Shown one piece after another: positions 1 to 9,338 of a stretch of DNA of 17,183 nt (the stretch's first letter is position 1; each line of letters opens with the position of its first letter). The translations under genes and the position numbers were made by a program. The notes under the pieces were generated by a model, which saw nothing but the letters and a program-made list of their open reading frames with translations, was not told where the DNA came from and did not search any database. The DNA is from Candidatus Micrarchaeota archaeon (lineage in GTDB: Archaea; B1Sed10-29; JAJRYS01): positions 1-17,183 of the forward strand of contig CAZXTN010000010.1 in the NCBI GenBank assembly GCA_964643685.1, given 5' to 3'.

Positions 1-1370
1 TTTTCAAATTTTTCACGAATTCTCCTGCTTACCTTAAACTTCCTTGCTTCTTTTTTCAAAAACCTGCTGCTGAAGTAAAAGTAATTTGAGTCAATTGAGC
101 CAGCAACTTTTCTGTAAAAAGCGCTTTTAGACTTTCTTCTTTCAACAAAACCCTTATACAAAATTCTCCTCTTGTCCTCAACACCATCATAAAAACCCAT
201 TTCCTCATGAGAACTCTTAATATCAGAAGGCAAAGTTACAGTCGCATCAAATTTAGTTAAAGCATTAAACCCCCTGCCATAACCCAAGTCATACAAAACA
301 TTCTTCTTCTTGTTAGAATAACTAATCTGCTTCAAATAATCTTCAAAATCCTCTTTTTTCTGCTTTGAATGAAAGTAACTATTCTGCAAAAAAGTCCCAG
401 CCATCTCACCTACATAAGTTCCAATTTCATAACCCTCACGAACCAACAGCCCCTTGCTCCCTAAACCCAAAGCCATAGTTCCAATAATGCTTCCCGCAGC
501 ACCAAAAACAAAAGGCAAAGGATAACTTAAAAAATAATTAGAGTAGCCTTCAACAAACTCACCTAACTTATTATCCAGCAACAAAGAACTTCCTTCAGAA
601 GTAAAAGCATACCTCAAGTAAATAGGCACGTTCAGCTTGCCTAAAATAGTCAATTCATTAGCTTCAATAAAAGACTCATAAGCAACCTCCCCCAGCTCGC
701 TTAAATGCTCAAAACCACCTGACTTTCTCTTACCCAGCAAAACATCCCTCTTCTTCAAAAGCCCCTTGTTAACCTCGTCATACTTAAGAAACATATTGCT
801 CTTATTCAAACTCCAATAATCATCTCCAAAACCGCTTCCTAAAAACTTACCTCCACTGTCCTTAAACCTCCATACCCCTGAATCCAAGCCACTTCCTTCA
901 AAAACACTTTCATTCAATTCACTTTCCTTAAACTCTCCTCTCTGCAAAACACTCTCTCTATTTTTCAAACCCCTGAAACCCCCTCTCTTCAAACTTCTCC
1001 TATTAAGAGCCAAGACATTAGAAAACCATTTTTTAAAACCAGAACCATGCACATCAACTTCTGATTCAAAGCCCCTGACTCCAAACATTCTCCCATGATA
1101 AACCACTGCCCCTAGTACAACTATGTTAATTAAAACAGCAGTTGGAATCACAGGCAAAATAGGTGGAAATCCAGAAACAGGGCGATTAAGCTTATAAGCG
1201 CTTGTGCTTGAAGAAAAAAAAGTCAAAGCGCTTCCCCCTCCATCCTCCAAAAAACTTGAGGAAAGAAGATGTATTAATGCAAGCGAAAAAAAAGCCAAAA
1301 AAATGAAAAAAACCAAGCTTTTCCTCCGCTTCAATCTCCCCTTCTTCAAATCAATTTCATCATTTTTCAT
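1..1370 (-). CDS. Hypothetical membrane protein, partial (456 codons visible, runs off the left edge)
   Basis: My manual translation shows an open frame from ATG at 1370 to base 3 with no stop (MKNDEIDLKKGRLKRRKSLVFFIFLAFFSLALIHLLSS...KVSRRIREKFE). An in-frame TAA at 1397-1395 bounds it upstream, and the SD-like GGGGTGCGGAGGT precedes the ATG. It has two N-terminal hydrophobic segments and a Gly-rich segment (FVFGAAGSIIGTMALGLG). It is absent from the ORF track, presumably because no stop lies in the window. Confidence 0.85.
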   Translation of the reverse strand, partial: MKNDEIDLKKGRLKRRKSLVFFIFLAFFSLALIHLLSSSFLEDGGGSALTFFSSSTSAYKLNRPVSGFPPILPVIPTAVLINIVVLGAVVYHGRMFGVRGFESEVDVHGSGFKKWFSNVLALNRRSLKRGGFRGLKNRESVLQRGEFKESELNESVFEGSGLDSGVWRFKDSGGKFLGSGFGDDYWSLNKSNMFLKYDEVNKGLLKKRDVLLGKRKSGGFEHLSELGEVAYESFIEANELTILGKLNVPIYLRYAFTSEGSSLLLDNKLGEFVEGYSNYFLSYPLPFVFGAAGSIIGTMALGLGSKGLLVREGYEIGTYVGEMAGTFLQNSYFHSKQKKEDFEDYLKQISYSNKKKNVLYDLGYGRGFNALTKFDATVTLPSDIKSSHEEMGFYDGVEDKRRILYKGFVERRKSKSAFYRKVAGSIDSNYFYFSSRFLKKEARKFKVSRRIREKFE

Positions 1371-1440
1371 ACCTCCGCACCCCCAACAATTTTTTTAACT
1401 TACTTCCCTGAATAAGTGAAATTTACCTGTTGGTTACTCT

Positions 1441-1495
1441 ATAATAAGTATTAACACCTTTAAATAATTATCGGTGGTTAAACACAACTTATTAT
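1441..1495. promoter_or_regulatory. Imperfect inverted repeat enclosing a TATA-like element upstream of the 1..1370 gene
   Basis: ATAATAAGT (1441-1449) pairs with ACTTATTAT (1487-1495), TTAAC with GTTAA, and ACC with GGT. The loop contains TTTAAATAA. Function is inferred only. Confidence 0.35.
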
Positions 1496-1578
1496 TTAAA
1501 AGTGGTTAGAATTTTTTAGGGTAAAGCACAGCTGACAGTTTGCTGTTGTTGCATAAAAAGAAGGTTTTGCAGGTTTCT

Positions 1579-2037
1579 TTACTGCTGTTTGTTCACTTCT
1601 GTTATTTCTTCATCTGTCATTTGTTTTCCGCAGTAAAGGCATTTCAGAATAAGAGGGTCTGTTGATTTTATTTTAAACTTTGTTTTTATCTCTTTTTCTT
1701 GATTTGTAACGCATTTTGGGTTAATGCATTTGAAGTAAGACTCTATGAATTCAGGGGTTTTAACTTGCTTTTTTTCAACTACTTTTCCCTGCTTTATTGT
1801 TGAAATAGTTGCATTTGGTGAAATTACTGATATTTTTTCAAGCTCTTCTGATGAAGGAAAATAGTCTTCTATTTTGATGAAGTCTTTCAATCCCATTTTT
1901 GTTGAAATTACATTCATTGCAATGAAAAAAGTTTTGTTTTCTTTTATGTTCATCAACTGCATGCATTTGATTGCTTTTCCAGGAGTAATATGGTCTATTA
2001 CTGTGCCGTTTTCAATATTTTGAATTGACTTGATCAT
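1579..2037 (-). CDS. pyrI: Aspartate carbamoyltransferase regulatory subunit
   Basis: IENGTVIDHI N-terminal signature, zinc ligands CINPKC...CLYC, 152 aa, directly downstream of pyrB. Confidence 0.97.
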   Translation of the reverse strand: MIKSIQNIENGTVIDHITPGKAIKCMQLMNIKENKTFFIAMNVISTKMGLKDFIKIEDYFPSSEELEKISVISPNATISTIKQGKVVEKKQVKTPEFIESYFKCINPKCVTNQEKEIKTKFKIKSTDPLILKCLYCGKQMTDEEITEVNKQQ

Positions 2038-2039
2038 TT

Positions 2040-2939
<900 letters not shown>

Positions 2940-2940
2940 C

Positions 2941-2950
2941 TATAATAAAA
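2941..2950 (-). promoter_or_regulatory. Probable TATA box of a leaderless pyrBI transcript
   Basis: Minus-strand TTTTATTATA. The TTTTATTA octamer ends 24 nt before the pyrB ATG, and there is no SD. Confidence 0.5.
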
Positions 2951-2958
2951 AGTAAAAG

Positions 2959-2973
2959 GTTTGAAATTCAAAC
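2959..2973. promoter_or_regulatory. Perfect 15-bp palindrome, candidate transcription-factor operator
   Basis: GTTTGAA-A-TTCAAAC lies between the divergent pyrB and TrmB-family genes. Confidence 0.55.
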
Positions 2974-3018
2974 TTCAAAAAAGTAAATAACACATTTTTT
3001 TATTTAATCGTGGGTTAG

Positions 3019-3027
3019 TTTTAAATA
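3019..3027 (+). promoter_or_regulatory. TATA box of the TrmB-pair operon
   Basis: TTTTAAATA ends 25 nt before the ATG at 3053, the spacing expected for a leaderless archaeal mRNA. Confidence 0.6.
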
Positions 3028-3052
3028 GTTGTTTTGGCCTAAATATTACTTT

Positions 3053-3985
3053 ATGGATATTGACAGGGTCTTGCAGCTTGCTGAGAAGAACTTTAACTTC
3101 AGGTTAAATAACCAATTGATAATCAAGGCACTTTATAATAAGGGGCAGATGACTGCTGATGAAATTTGCGATGAAACAGGCGTGCCTAGGGGAAGGGTTT
3201 ATGAGTACTTGAATGAATTGGTTGAGAAAAATCTTATTGTTAAAACAAGCAAGCAGCCTTTCAGGTATTACATTGATTCTATGGAACAGAGGGCTGTTGA
3301 GTACTCTGCAAATTCTTTAATGAGAGCGCTTAAGAAACAGGAGAACTTGATTAAGAAACTAAAAGTAAAGGATTCTTTGATTCCTCTTTCTAATTTATCT
3401 GACAAGATTATTTTAAGGTCAAGGGAGGAGTATAATGCTGAAAAACTTGGCTTTATCTTAAGAGACAAGCTTTATCATTCTTTCTTTTTTCCTTTTAATG
3501 ACTTGGATGAATACTTTTCTTTCAAGCAGAAGTTTGAGAAGGGAGTTATTCCAAGAAGTTATTCAATGGAAGCAAGGAGAGATTTAAGCTTAAGCTTGAT
3601 GGTTGCCAAGCATACTTTTGAACAGAAAATTCCAGTTAAGTCTGTCATGGGAAAAAGCTCAATTGATTTTTACTTCAGAAGAGTCAAGAGGGTTTTTGGA
3701 AAAGAAGAACTGGCGAAAAGACTGCAGTTTATTCTTGACATTCTTGATGAAAACAAGCAGTTTAAAATAAGAGTAGTTGATGAGTACTTTTCCTATTCTT
3801 TAAGTTTAACTGACAAGTCTCTTGTTTTCACAATTGTTGAAGAAATGAATGAGGATTTTTTCATGAACGGCTTTTTGCTTAGGAATGAAAAAGATGTTAA
3901 GAAGTATTGGAATATTCTGCAAACAAGGTTTGACAAGGGAATTGACTTGAAAAAAGTGGTTAAGAGTAGGTTGGATGAATTATGA
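3053..3985 (+). CDS. TrmB-family transcriptional regulator (paralog 1)
   Basis: N-terminal winged HTH (MTADEICDETGVPRGRVYEYLNELVEKNLI), a coiled linker and a C-terminal alpha/beta domain. I moved the start from TTG 3029 to ATG 3053 because of the TATA position. Confidence 0.88.
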   Translation: MDIDRVLQLAEKNFNFRLNNQLIIKALYNKGQMTADEICDETGVPRGRVYEYLNELVEKNLIVKTSKQPFRYYIDSMEQRAVEYSANSLMRALKKQENLIKKLKVKDSLIPLSNLSDKIILRSREEYNAEKLGFILRDKLYHSFFFPFNDLDEYFSFKQKFEKGVIPRSYSMEARRDLSLSLMVAKHTFEQKIPVKSVMGKSSIDFYFRRVKRVFGKEELAKRLQFILDILDENKQFKIRVVDEYFSYSLSLTDKSLVFTIVEEMNEDFFMNGFLLRNEKDVKKYWNILQTRFDKGIDLKKVVKSRLDEL

Positions 3986-4911
3986 AATTTGAAAAAGAGC
4001 TTGCTGAATTAGGTTTTCATAAATACCATTTGCTTATAATTGACAGCCTTTTGAATCAGAAAAAAACAGCAAAGCAAGTTTCTGAAGAGAAAAAAATTCC
4101 AATGGGAAGAATTTACGACTTTCTCAACCAACTTATTGAAGAAGGAATTGTTGAATATGAAATAATCACACCTACTGTTTACTACATTAATGACTTTGAA
4201 AAAAAACTAGTTAATTACCTGGATAATTTTTTCCTTGAAAAAATAAAAAAACAAAATGAATTGTTTGAAGCTATAAAAACAACAAAGCCTGTTGTAAAAC
4301 CAATATACACAACTAATTACTTTGACAAAGTAGTTGACAAAGAAAGGATGGCTAAAAACGTGAAATTCATTAAAAAAATAAGAAGAGACACTTCCTACCC
4401 TTTCTTTTTCTATCCTGAAGACTATGACGAGTCAGTAAAATACTTGGTAAAAATCCACAACAAGCCAGTTAGTTACTTCAAAGACCCTGTCAAGCAAAAG
4501 CTTTTCGTAAAAGCTCATGAAAACCAAAAAGAAACTTATTCAAAATACCCTACTCAATTAATGGTAAGCATGTATTCAATTGACTACTTTTTCAAGGCAA
4601 TCAAAGAGCATTTTGGAAAAGAAGACGCGTTGAAAAAACTCAAGCAAATGAAAAAGAACCTCTCAAAATACCCTTTAATCAAATTCAAAATAAGCAAAGA
4701 AAGGTTCCCTTATCACTTAATGGTTACAAACCAAGCTGCAATAATTGCATTAAGAGAAGAGAAAGTAAACAAGAAAAACTTAGTAGGCACTTACTTTAAA
4801 GGAGGGAACATAATCAAACAATACTCTGAAATATTCAATTTAAAATTCAAAAAAGCAGTTGGTTTCAATGAATACTATGAAACCCTGCTTGAAAAAATAA
4901 AAAAAGAATAA
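3982..4911 (+). CDS. TrmB-family transcriptional regulator (paralog 2)
   Basis: KTAKQVSEEKKIPMGRIYDFLNQLIEEGIV winged HTH. ATGA overlap with paralog 1. Shared block SIDYFFKAIKEHFGKE vs SIDFYFRRVKRVFGKE. Confidence 0.88.
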   Translation: MKFEKELAELGFHKYHLLIIDSLLNQKKTAKQVSEEKKIPMGRIYDFLNQLIEEGIVEYEIITPTVYYINDFEKKLVNYLDNFFLEKIKKQNELFEAIKTTKPVVKPIYTTNYFDKVVDKERMAKNVKFIKKIRRDTSYPFFFYPEDYDESVKYLVKIHNKPVSYFKDPVKQKLFVKAHENQKETYSKYPTQLMVSMYSIDYFFKAIKEHFGKEDALKKLKQMKKNLSKYPLIKFKISKERFPYHLMVTNQAAIIALREEKVNKKNLVGTYFKGGNIIKQYSEIFNLKFKKAVGFNEYYETLLEKIKKE

Positions 4912-4938
4912 ATAGTCCTGTTTCTTCTTTTAGCAAAT

Positions 4939-5763
4939 TTAAAGCAACAGGCTTAAAGCGAATCCAATGAAAGCCCCTGCTGCAAGAGGAGGCAGAGCAG
5001 GCAAAGCCAATCCAGGTTTTTTCATAATAAATTTGAATAATAAAATTAAGGCAATCAATGCACCTGCAAGTGAAGATAAAGCGCTTGCTAATCCATGAGC
5101 GTTTAAAACGCTGACTGCAAACACAAGTGGGATAACCAAATCCCCTCCTCCTAGCTGGAACGTATGAGTGTACTCGTTTGTTTTAGTTGGAATAGCTGCT
5201 GTGAAAGCAGTTGGTTTTTCTGTAATTGCTTTTGCTAAGTAAACCATGTGTTTTGAAATGAACACTGAAAAAAAGTCATAAACTGACAGCAATAAAATAA
5301 AAAGCATGACAGGAAGCACTGAAAAAGAAGAGCCTATTATTGCACCTGCTCCTGCAACTGCAAATATCAACGCAGTGTTCTGGCTTAAATGAGAAGGATA
5401 CTTCATTTTCCAAGCAGTCAAAGCAAGGGCTAAAACAACCCCTATTGGAAGATTAGTTGGCATTGAAACAAGCAAGTCAAAAACTATCCATGAGCTGAAA
5501 AAAATGCTTACTGCTTCAACTACGTAAATCAAATTCTTTTTAAACTTGATTATCAGCAAAAGCACTACTGTCATCACTATTATGTAAGCAAACAAGTAAA
5601 TGGAATTTGAAACTGAATCTGGATTTTCAAACACAGGCTCAGCTTCTCCTAATTCAACTGCCTTGTTGAACTGAATAGCTGTCACTAGCCCTATTAATTG
5701 CACGCTTATGAAAATTAGTAAAAGCACTGCAAGCGCCTGGTTTTTATTGAATTGAAAAATCAT
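4939..5763 (-). CDS. Presenilin/signal peptide peptidase-like GxGD intramembrane aspartyl protease (family A22)
   Basis: Multi-pass hydrophobic protein with catalytic YD (VYDFFSV), GxGD (LGGGD) and PAL (LPALP) motifs in canonical order. Confidence 0.93.
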   Translation of the reverse strand: MIFQFNKNQALAVLLLIFISVQLIGLVTAIQFNKAVELGEAEPVFENPDSVSNSIYLFAYIIVMTVVLLLIIKFKKNLIYVVEAVSIFFSSWIVFDLLVSMPTNLPIGVVLALALTAWKMKYPSHLSQNTALIFAVAGAGAIIGSSFSVLPVMLFILLLSVYDFFSVFISKHMVYLAKAITEKPTAFTAAIPTKTNEYTHTFQLGGGDLVIPLVFAVSVLNAHGLASALSSLAGALIALILLFKFIMKKPGLALPALPPLAAGAFIGFALSLLL

Positions 5764-5787
5764 TTTATTTTCAAACCTGGATTTTTT

Positions 5788-7863
5788 TTATTTTCCGCCT
5801 GTTGGCTTGTATATTCCATTTCTAGGTGAGTAAATGTCTCCGTTTCTTTTCAACTGGCTTAATATTTCTTCAACGTCTTCTGCCTTTATATTGCTTGCTT
5901 TTGCCTGTTCTATCAAGTCTTCTTTGCTTGCTTCTCCTTTTTCAGAAGCTATTTTCTTAACAAGGCGGTATATTGTTTTTATTTTGTCTGTTTTTGACTT
6001 AGGCGTTCCTATTGCTATTATATCCACGTCCATTTTTCCTGTTTCAGGATCTACTCCTATGCTTTTTAATGAAAAAGTCATTAACTTGATTGCCCTTTCA
6101 GCATCTTCAAAGTCAACTGTGCTGCTAAGCCTGCCTTTAGCACTTGCTTCAGCAAGCCTTACAATTCCCTCTAGGTAACGCGCTGTAATTGGAATGCTTC
6201 CGCTTTTTTCCCCCATTTTTCTAAGCTCCAGGTAAAAGTTTTTAATCCTGTCAATTGCCTCTGGAGTAAGCACTGGTTTTATATGCGAGCGTGCGTATGC
6301 AATATAACTTCTTAAAAGTTCAGGTTCTATGTCTGGCTTGACTCTTTTTTCAGCTTCTTCTATTGCTTGTTTGTCATAATCTTTTTTCAACTTGACTCCT
6401 GAAGTAAAATGGCTCGTGAGAATATGCTCTGCTAATTCTTCGTCTTTTTTCACATCAAGTTCATCGCGTATTGGAAAAATCAAGTCAAAACGAGAAATAA
6501 GAGTAGGTGGTATGTTGAATTGCTCAGCAGGAGGCGTGAGTGGATCAAATCTTCCGAATTTAGGGTTGGCAGCTGCTAAGATGCTTGCGTTTGCTTTGAA
6601 AGTAGCTATCATGCCTGCTTTTGCCACGTGTATTTCCTGAGTTTCCATTGCATCATGCATTGAGCTTCTGTCTTCATCGCTCATTTTGTCAAACTCGTCT
6701 ATTAAAGCCATTCCGCCAGCAGCTAAGACAAGAGCGCCTGCTTTTAAAGTCCAGCCTCCTTCTGCAAACTCGTCTTTTTCAGCAGTTGCTGTCAAACCAG
6801 CTGCAGATGAAGATTTTCCGCTTACGTAAATGCTTTTAGGAGCCAGGTTGTCAACGTATTGAAGAAGCTGTGACTTAGCTACTCCTGGGTCTCCTATGAG
6901 AAGAATATGCATATCTGACCTTATTCTCATGCCGTCGCTTTTAACTTTTCCAGGTGTTCCTCCAAATAACTGCAAGGCAATTGCTTCTTTGATTTCCCTG
7001 TGTCCGTAAATGCTTGGAGCTATACTGTTAACTATTTTTTCATAAAGCTTAGGTTCCTTGCTTAATTCAATTATTTCCCTTTCTTCTTCTTCAGTTAGTT
7101 CAAGTTCTTCAAATTCTTTTTCAACTTTTAAAACATGGTTGCAGTCAACAATCAAGTCATAAACGCTTTTTTTAAATTTAGGTGCTTTCAACCGAAGAAC
7201 CCCTGTTATTTTCAACTTGTCACCTGGTATTATGAAATTAGTTAAATCATCTTCAAGCATGACAGTTATTTTTCTTGTCTGTTCCCCTCCTTTTGACATT
7301 TCAAGGTTTTCCTGCAAAGCCATTTTTTGAATGTCTACAAAAGTGCTTTGTTCAGTAAGCAAAGTATAACTTTTTCTTTCACAAGTGCATACTCCTGGTT
7401 CTATTAACTTCTGCGACTCATCATTCTGCGGAATGCTGTAAATTCTCCCACAGTGATTGCATTCAAAAACAGCATTAACTAGTTTAGGCTTCACTTCAGT
7501 TATTTTTGTGACAACCCCTTCAACTGAAATGAACTTGTTAATCAAGGAACTATTAAGGTTTTTTACAAGGACAGTGTTTTCAGAAGGCAAGTTTAAGAAG
7601 CGAACATGAGGGCGAATGACTTTGCCGTTCAAGTTGACAATGTGCATTTTTTCAATTGCTTCTTCAGCAGCTGAAATTATTTCATAAGGCTTGTTAATTA
7701 ACTCGTCAGCTAAGTCAATGTCAAACTCTTCAAGTTCCTTGTAATCAACTTCAAAACTCCTTTTTTCAGGGTAAAACTCAGCAAGCTTCTCCAACCTATC
7801 TTTGCATTTAGCATTGAAAAATTCTTCAAATTTGTTCAAGTAAGTACTAGTAACATCAGGCAT
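5788..7863 (-). CDS. mcm: Replicative DNA helicase MCM
   Basis: Walker A GDPGVAKSQ, Walker B IDEFDKM, AAANP, arginine finger SRFD, sensor ITARYLE, Zn finger and C-terminal winged helix. 691 aa, no intein. Confidence 0.98.
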   Translation of the reverse strand: MPDVTSTYLNKFEEFFNAKCKDRLEKLAEFYPEKRSFEVDYKELEEFDIDLADELINKPYEIISAAEEAIEKMHIVNLNGKVIRPHVRFLNLPSENTVLVKNLNSSLINKFISVEGVVTKITEVKPKLVNAVFECNHCGRIYSIPQNDESQKLIEPGVCTCERKSYTLLTEQSTFVDIQKMALQENLEMSKGGEQTRKITVMLEDDLTNFIIPGDKLKITGVLRLKAPKFKKSVYDLIVDCNHVLKVEKEFEELELTEEEEREIIELSKEPKLYEKIVNSIAPSIYGHREIKEAIALQLFGGTPGKVKSDGMRIRSDMHILLIGDPGVAKSQLLQYVDNLAPKSIYVSGKSSSAAGLTATAEKDEFAEGGWTLKAGALVLAAGGMALIDEFDKMSDEDRSSMHDAMETQEIHVAKAGMIATFKANASILAAANPKFGRFDPLTPPAEQFNIPPTLISRFDLIFPIRDELDVKKDEELAEHILTSHFTSGVKLKKDYDKQAIEEAEKRVKPDIEPELLRSYIAYARSHIKPVLTPEAIDRIKNFYLELRKMGEKSGSIPITARYLEGIVRLAEASAKGRLSSTVDFEDAERAIKLMTFSLKSIGVDPETGKMDVDIIAIGTPKSKTDKIKTIYRLVKKIASEKGEASKEDLIEQAKASNIKAEDVEEILSQLKRNGDIYSPRNGIYKPTGGK

Positions 7864-7887
7864 GAATAATAGTTATGATAATTAAAC

Positions 7888-7895
7888 TATAAAAA
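7888..7895 (-). promoter_or_regulatory. TATA box for leaderless mcm
   Basis: TTTTTATA lies exactly 24 nt upstream of the mcm ATG. Confidence 0.65.
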
Positions 7896-7930
7896 AACCC
7901 GCCACACTTCCAGTAAAAAGAGCTTGTTTT

Positions 7931-9325
7931 TCAATTGTTCCATTGGCTTTGCCATGAGCCAGTGTCCTCTTCTTCAACATTTCCTCCACTGCCCCCTAAC
8001 TTGTCCATCAACTCCTCCTTGTACTTGTAAGCAACCAACCCTATTATTACAACAACAAGCAACGCAATTAATTTAAAATTATAACTGCTTCCGCTGCTTA
8101 TGACGCAGGAACTCCAATGCCCGTTGACGCATGTCTTGTAACCTGTCTGGGTTCCTACAACGCAGGTTATTTTGTGCCCGTTAGTGCATGAAGAAACTGA
8201 ATATGAGTTAATGCTTGAATTAATTTCCTTAATTAAAGAATCAATGCTTGAAAAATTAGCTTTAACTGCTTCGCAGTCTTCAAGCACTTTTTCACTGCAA
8301 TCCTCGTTTCCTTTTTCAATCAAGTCATGCAATTCAATCATTTTAGAATTAATGTCATTATAAGAAGCTGGAATGCCTTTTGAATCAATTTGGTTTCCAA
8401 GCAAAGTGTAAGTAGCTGAGTAATTGTTCAGCGTTTGTATTACTTCATCAATTACTGTTGAATCGCTTGTTGAATCCACTCTATCAAGCAAGTTGACATA
8501 AAACTGACTTACTTTCGTGTCCATTCCATTGAAAAAATCATCAATCACTTTCTTGTTAGAAGTTAAAGTATCTTGTTTTGACACCACTGCATCGCTTAAA
8601 CCACTGTGAGTAGTGTAAGTAAGTATGCTGTCTCTTGTTGACTGGTCAATTTCCCCATCAGTGAACATTTGCCCGACTTCAGCATGCAAGTCATTTGACT
8701 TCTCAACAACATTGTTTAAAGAATCAAGGAAACTTTTTTCTTTTGAAAAAACGCTTCTGAATCCATTCTGCACTTTTGCCACGTCTTCAAAAGAACCTAA
8801 ACTGCTTAATTCCCCCTGCAAGCTTGTTATAGCACTTCTTAAAGAATCAGCGTTGCTGATTCCAGCGCTTAAAGCGCTTTTATAAGAAGACTCGCTTGAA
8901 ATAGTTACATTCAAATAAGGGTCAATGTATGTTTCCAGGTTTGTTTTTTTAGTTTCCAAGTCGCTTCTCTGATGCTGGACAAAAGACAATAAATTATCAA
9001 GAAAATTGCTGAAACTATCGTCAGTTGCAAAAAAGTTAGCCAAGTAATGCGCTTTCATCACATCCTTTGCGCTTGACTCGTAAAACAAGTCCCCAGTGTC
9101 AGCATCAACTGGAATCATGAATTGAATGCTTCCAACTGACTTGACTTCAAAAACCCAGTACTTGTTAGAGCCGTAATAAGTCAAAGCATTTGGCTTCAAA
9201 TCCAAACTTTCTCCTTCAGAGTACTTCACGTACTTTAAAGCAGTTTTGTAACAATCATTATAAGTCACTGCACTGAAAACAGAAACGCTTAAAATTAAAA
9301 TTAATGCCAAGAACTTGAACTTCAT
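7931..9325 (-). CDS. Hypothetical secreted, C-terminally membrane-anchored surface protein
   Basis: Signal peptide MKFKFLALILILSVSVFSA, a PepSY-like stretch (YWVFEV...IPVDADTGDL), a long helical middle, a Cys-rich module (CTNGHKITC...GYKTCVNGHWSSC), a TM helix (LIALLVVVIIGLVAY) and an acidic/Trp tail. Confidence 0.85.
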   Translation of the reverse strand: MKFKFLALILILSVSVFSAVTYNDCYKTALKYVKYSEGESLDLKPNALTYYGSNKYWVFEVKSVGSIQFMIPVDADTGDLFYESSAKDVMKAHYLANFFATDDSFSNFLDNLLSFVQHQRSDLETKKTNLETYIDPYLNVTISSESSYKSALSAGISNADSLRSAITSLQGELSSLGSFEDVAKVQNGFRSVFSKEKSFLDSLNNVVEKSNDLHAEVGQMFTDGEIDQSTRDSILTYTTHSGLSDAVVSKQDTLTSNKKVIDDFFNGMDTKVSQFYVNLLDRVDSTSDSTVIDEVIQTLNNYSATYTLLGNQIDSKGIPASYNDINSKMIELHDLIEKGNEDCSEKVLEDCEAVKANFSSIDSLIKEINSSINSYSVSSCTNGHKITCVVGTQTGYKTCVNGHWSSCVISSGSSYNFKLIALLVVVIIGLVAYKYKEELMDKLGGSGGNVEEEDTGSWQSQWNN

Positions 9326-9338
9326 CTTTAATCACTTA

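Noticed and set aside
1204-1398. 64-aa plus-strand ORF
   Set aside because: It is antisense to the start of the much longer minus-strand ORF (1..1370), has a GTG start and is low-complexity.
1371-1578. tRNA, CRISPR array or known ncRNA in the largest intergenic gap
   Set aside because: There is no cloverleaf or TTC loop, no regularly spaced direct repeats, and the GC content is too low for a typical structured RNA.
5788-7863. Intein in MCM or an ORB-type origin next to mcm
   Set aside because: The length is normal with contiguous motifs. The flanking spacers are short, with no repeated ORB-like boxes and no cdc6 gene.
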